Sequence record: NC_028992.1
DNA: 34,783 bases
Strand: one strand, 5' to 3'
Below, in pieces: positions 34,680 through 34,783 of this stretch (position 1 is its first letter; every line of letters begins with the position of its first letter). A program made the translations under genes and the position numbers. The notes beneath the pieces were generated by a model that was given only the letters and a program-made list of their open reading frames with translations, had not been told where the DNA came from and searched no databases.

Positions 34680-34692
34680 ACTGGGGAGTTTA
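34677..34692 (+). repeat. 16-mer site containing the Lrs14-like stop
   Basis: Exact match. Confidence 0.92.
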
Positions 34693-34783
34693 AGAAGCCA
34701 ACCGATTCGCTCGTTTTGCTAGGGCAAAAATACGTATACCTTTTATTATATTTTTAAGTGACCACTCTCACTTTTGGCTCGAC

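Larger units (their letters stand above)
1..34783. mobile_element. Sulfolobales virus genome, spindle-shaped/fusellovirus-related, probably complete and circular
   Basis: VP1/VP3/VP4-like genes, B251-like ATPase, C2H2 finger, tyrosine recombinase, crenarchaeal TFB and Lrs14 homologues, GGTGA-type SD sites; no host core genes. A T-rich TATA-like element at 34746-34757 would lie ~27 nt upstream of the ATG at position 1 if the ends join. Confidence 0.85.

Overview
The window looks like a complete or near-complete (probably circular) genome of a Sulfolobales archaeal virus of the spindle-shaped type, opened at the ATG of a VP1-like major capsid gene. There are no host rRNA, tRNA or housekeeping operons. 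Bases 1-18.4 kb are a virion/morphogenesis block: VP1- and VP3-like two-helix proteins, a 1010-aa VP4-like glycoprotein, a CDC48/Vps4-like AAA+ ATPase, a GT-C glycosyltransferase and a ~1280-aa repeat-rich protein with a possible ADP-ribosyltransferase-like domain. Bases 18.4-34.8 kb are an accessory/regulatory block: tyrosine recombinase, GT2 + GtrA, B251-like ATPase, a TFB homologue, two DNA methyltransferases, RHH/wHTH/Lrs14 regulators and a probable origin region. The strongest signals are: (1) 15 copies of the palindromic 16-mer TAAACTGGGGAGTTTA that bound accessory modules, supply the stop codon of five genes including the recombinase, and sit in-frame twice inside a surface-protein gene; (2) a non-canonical T-rich element (TTTATTTTTTA) 23-25 nt upstream of many start codons, in a genome that encodes its own modified TFB; (3) a compact, circularly permuted C5 methyltransferase; (4) a split GtrA/GtrB/GT-C glycosylation pathway. 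The sequence has N bases and several single-base frameshifts that are probably sequencing errors. All family calls are by-eye motif recognition; no database search was run.
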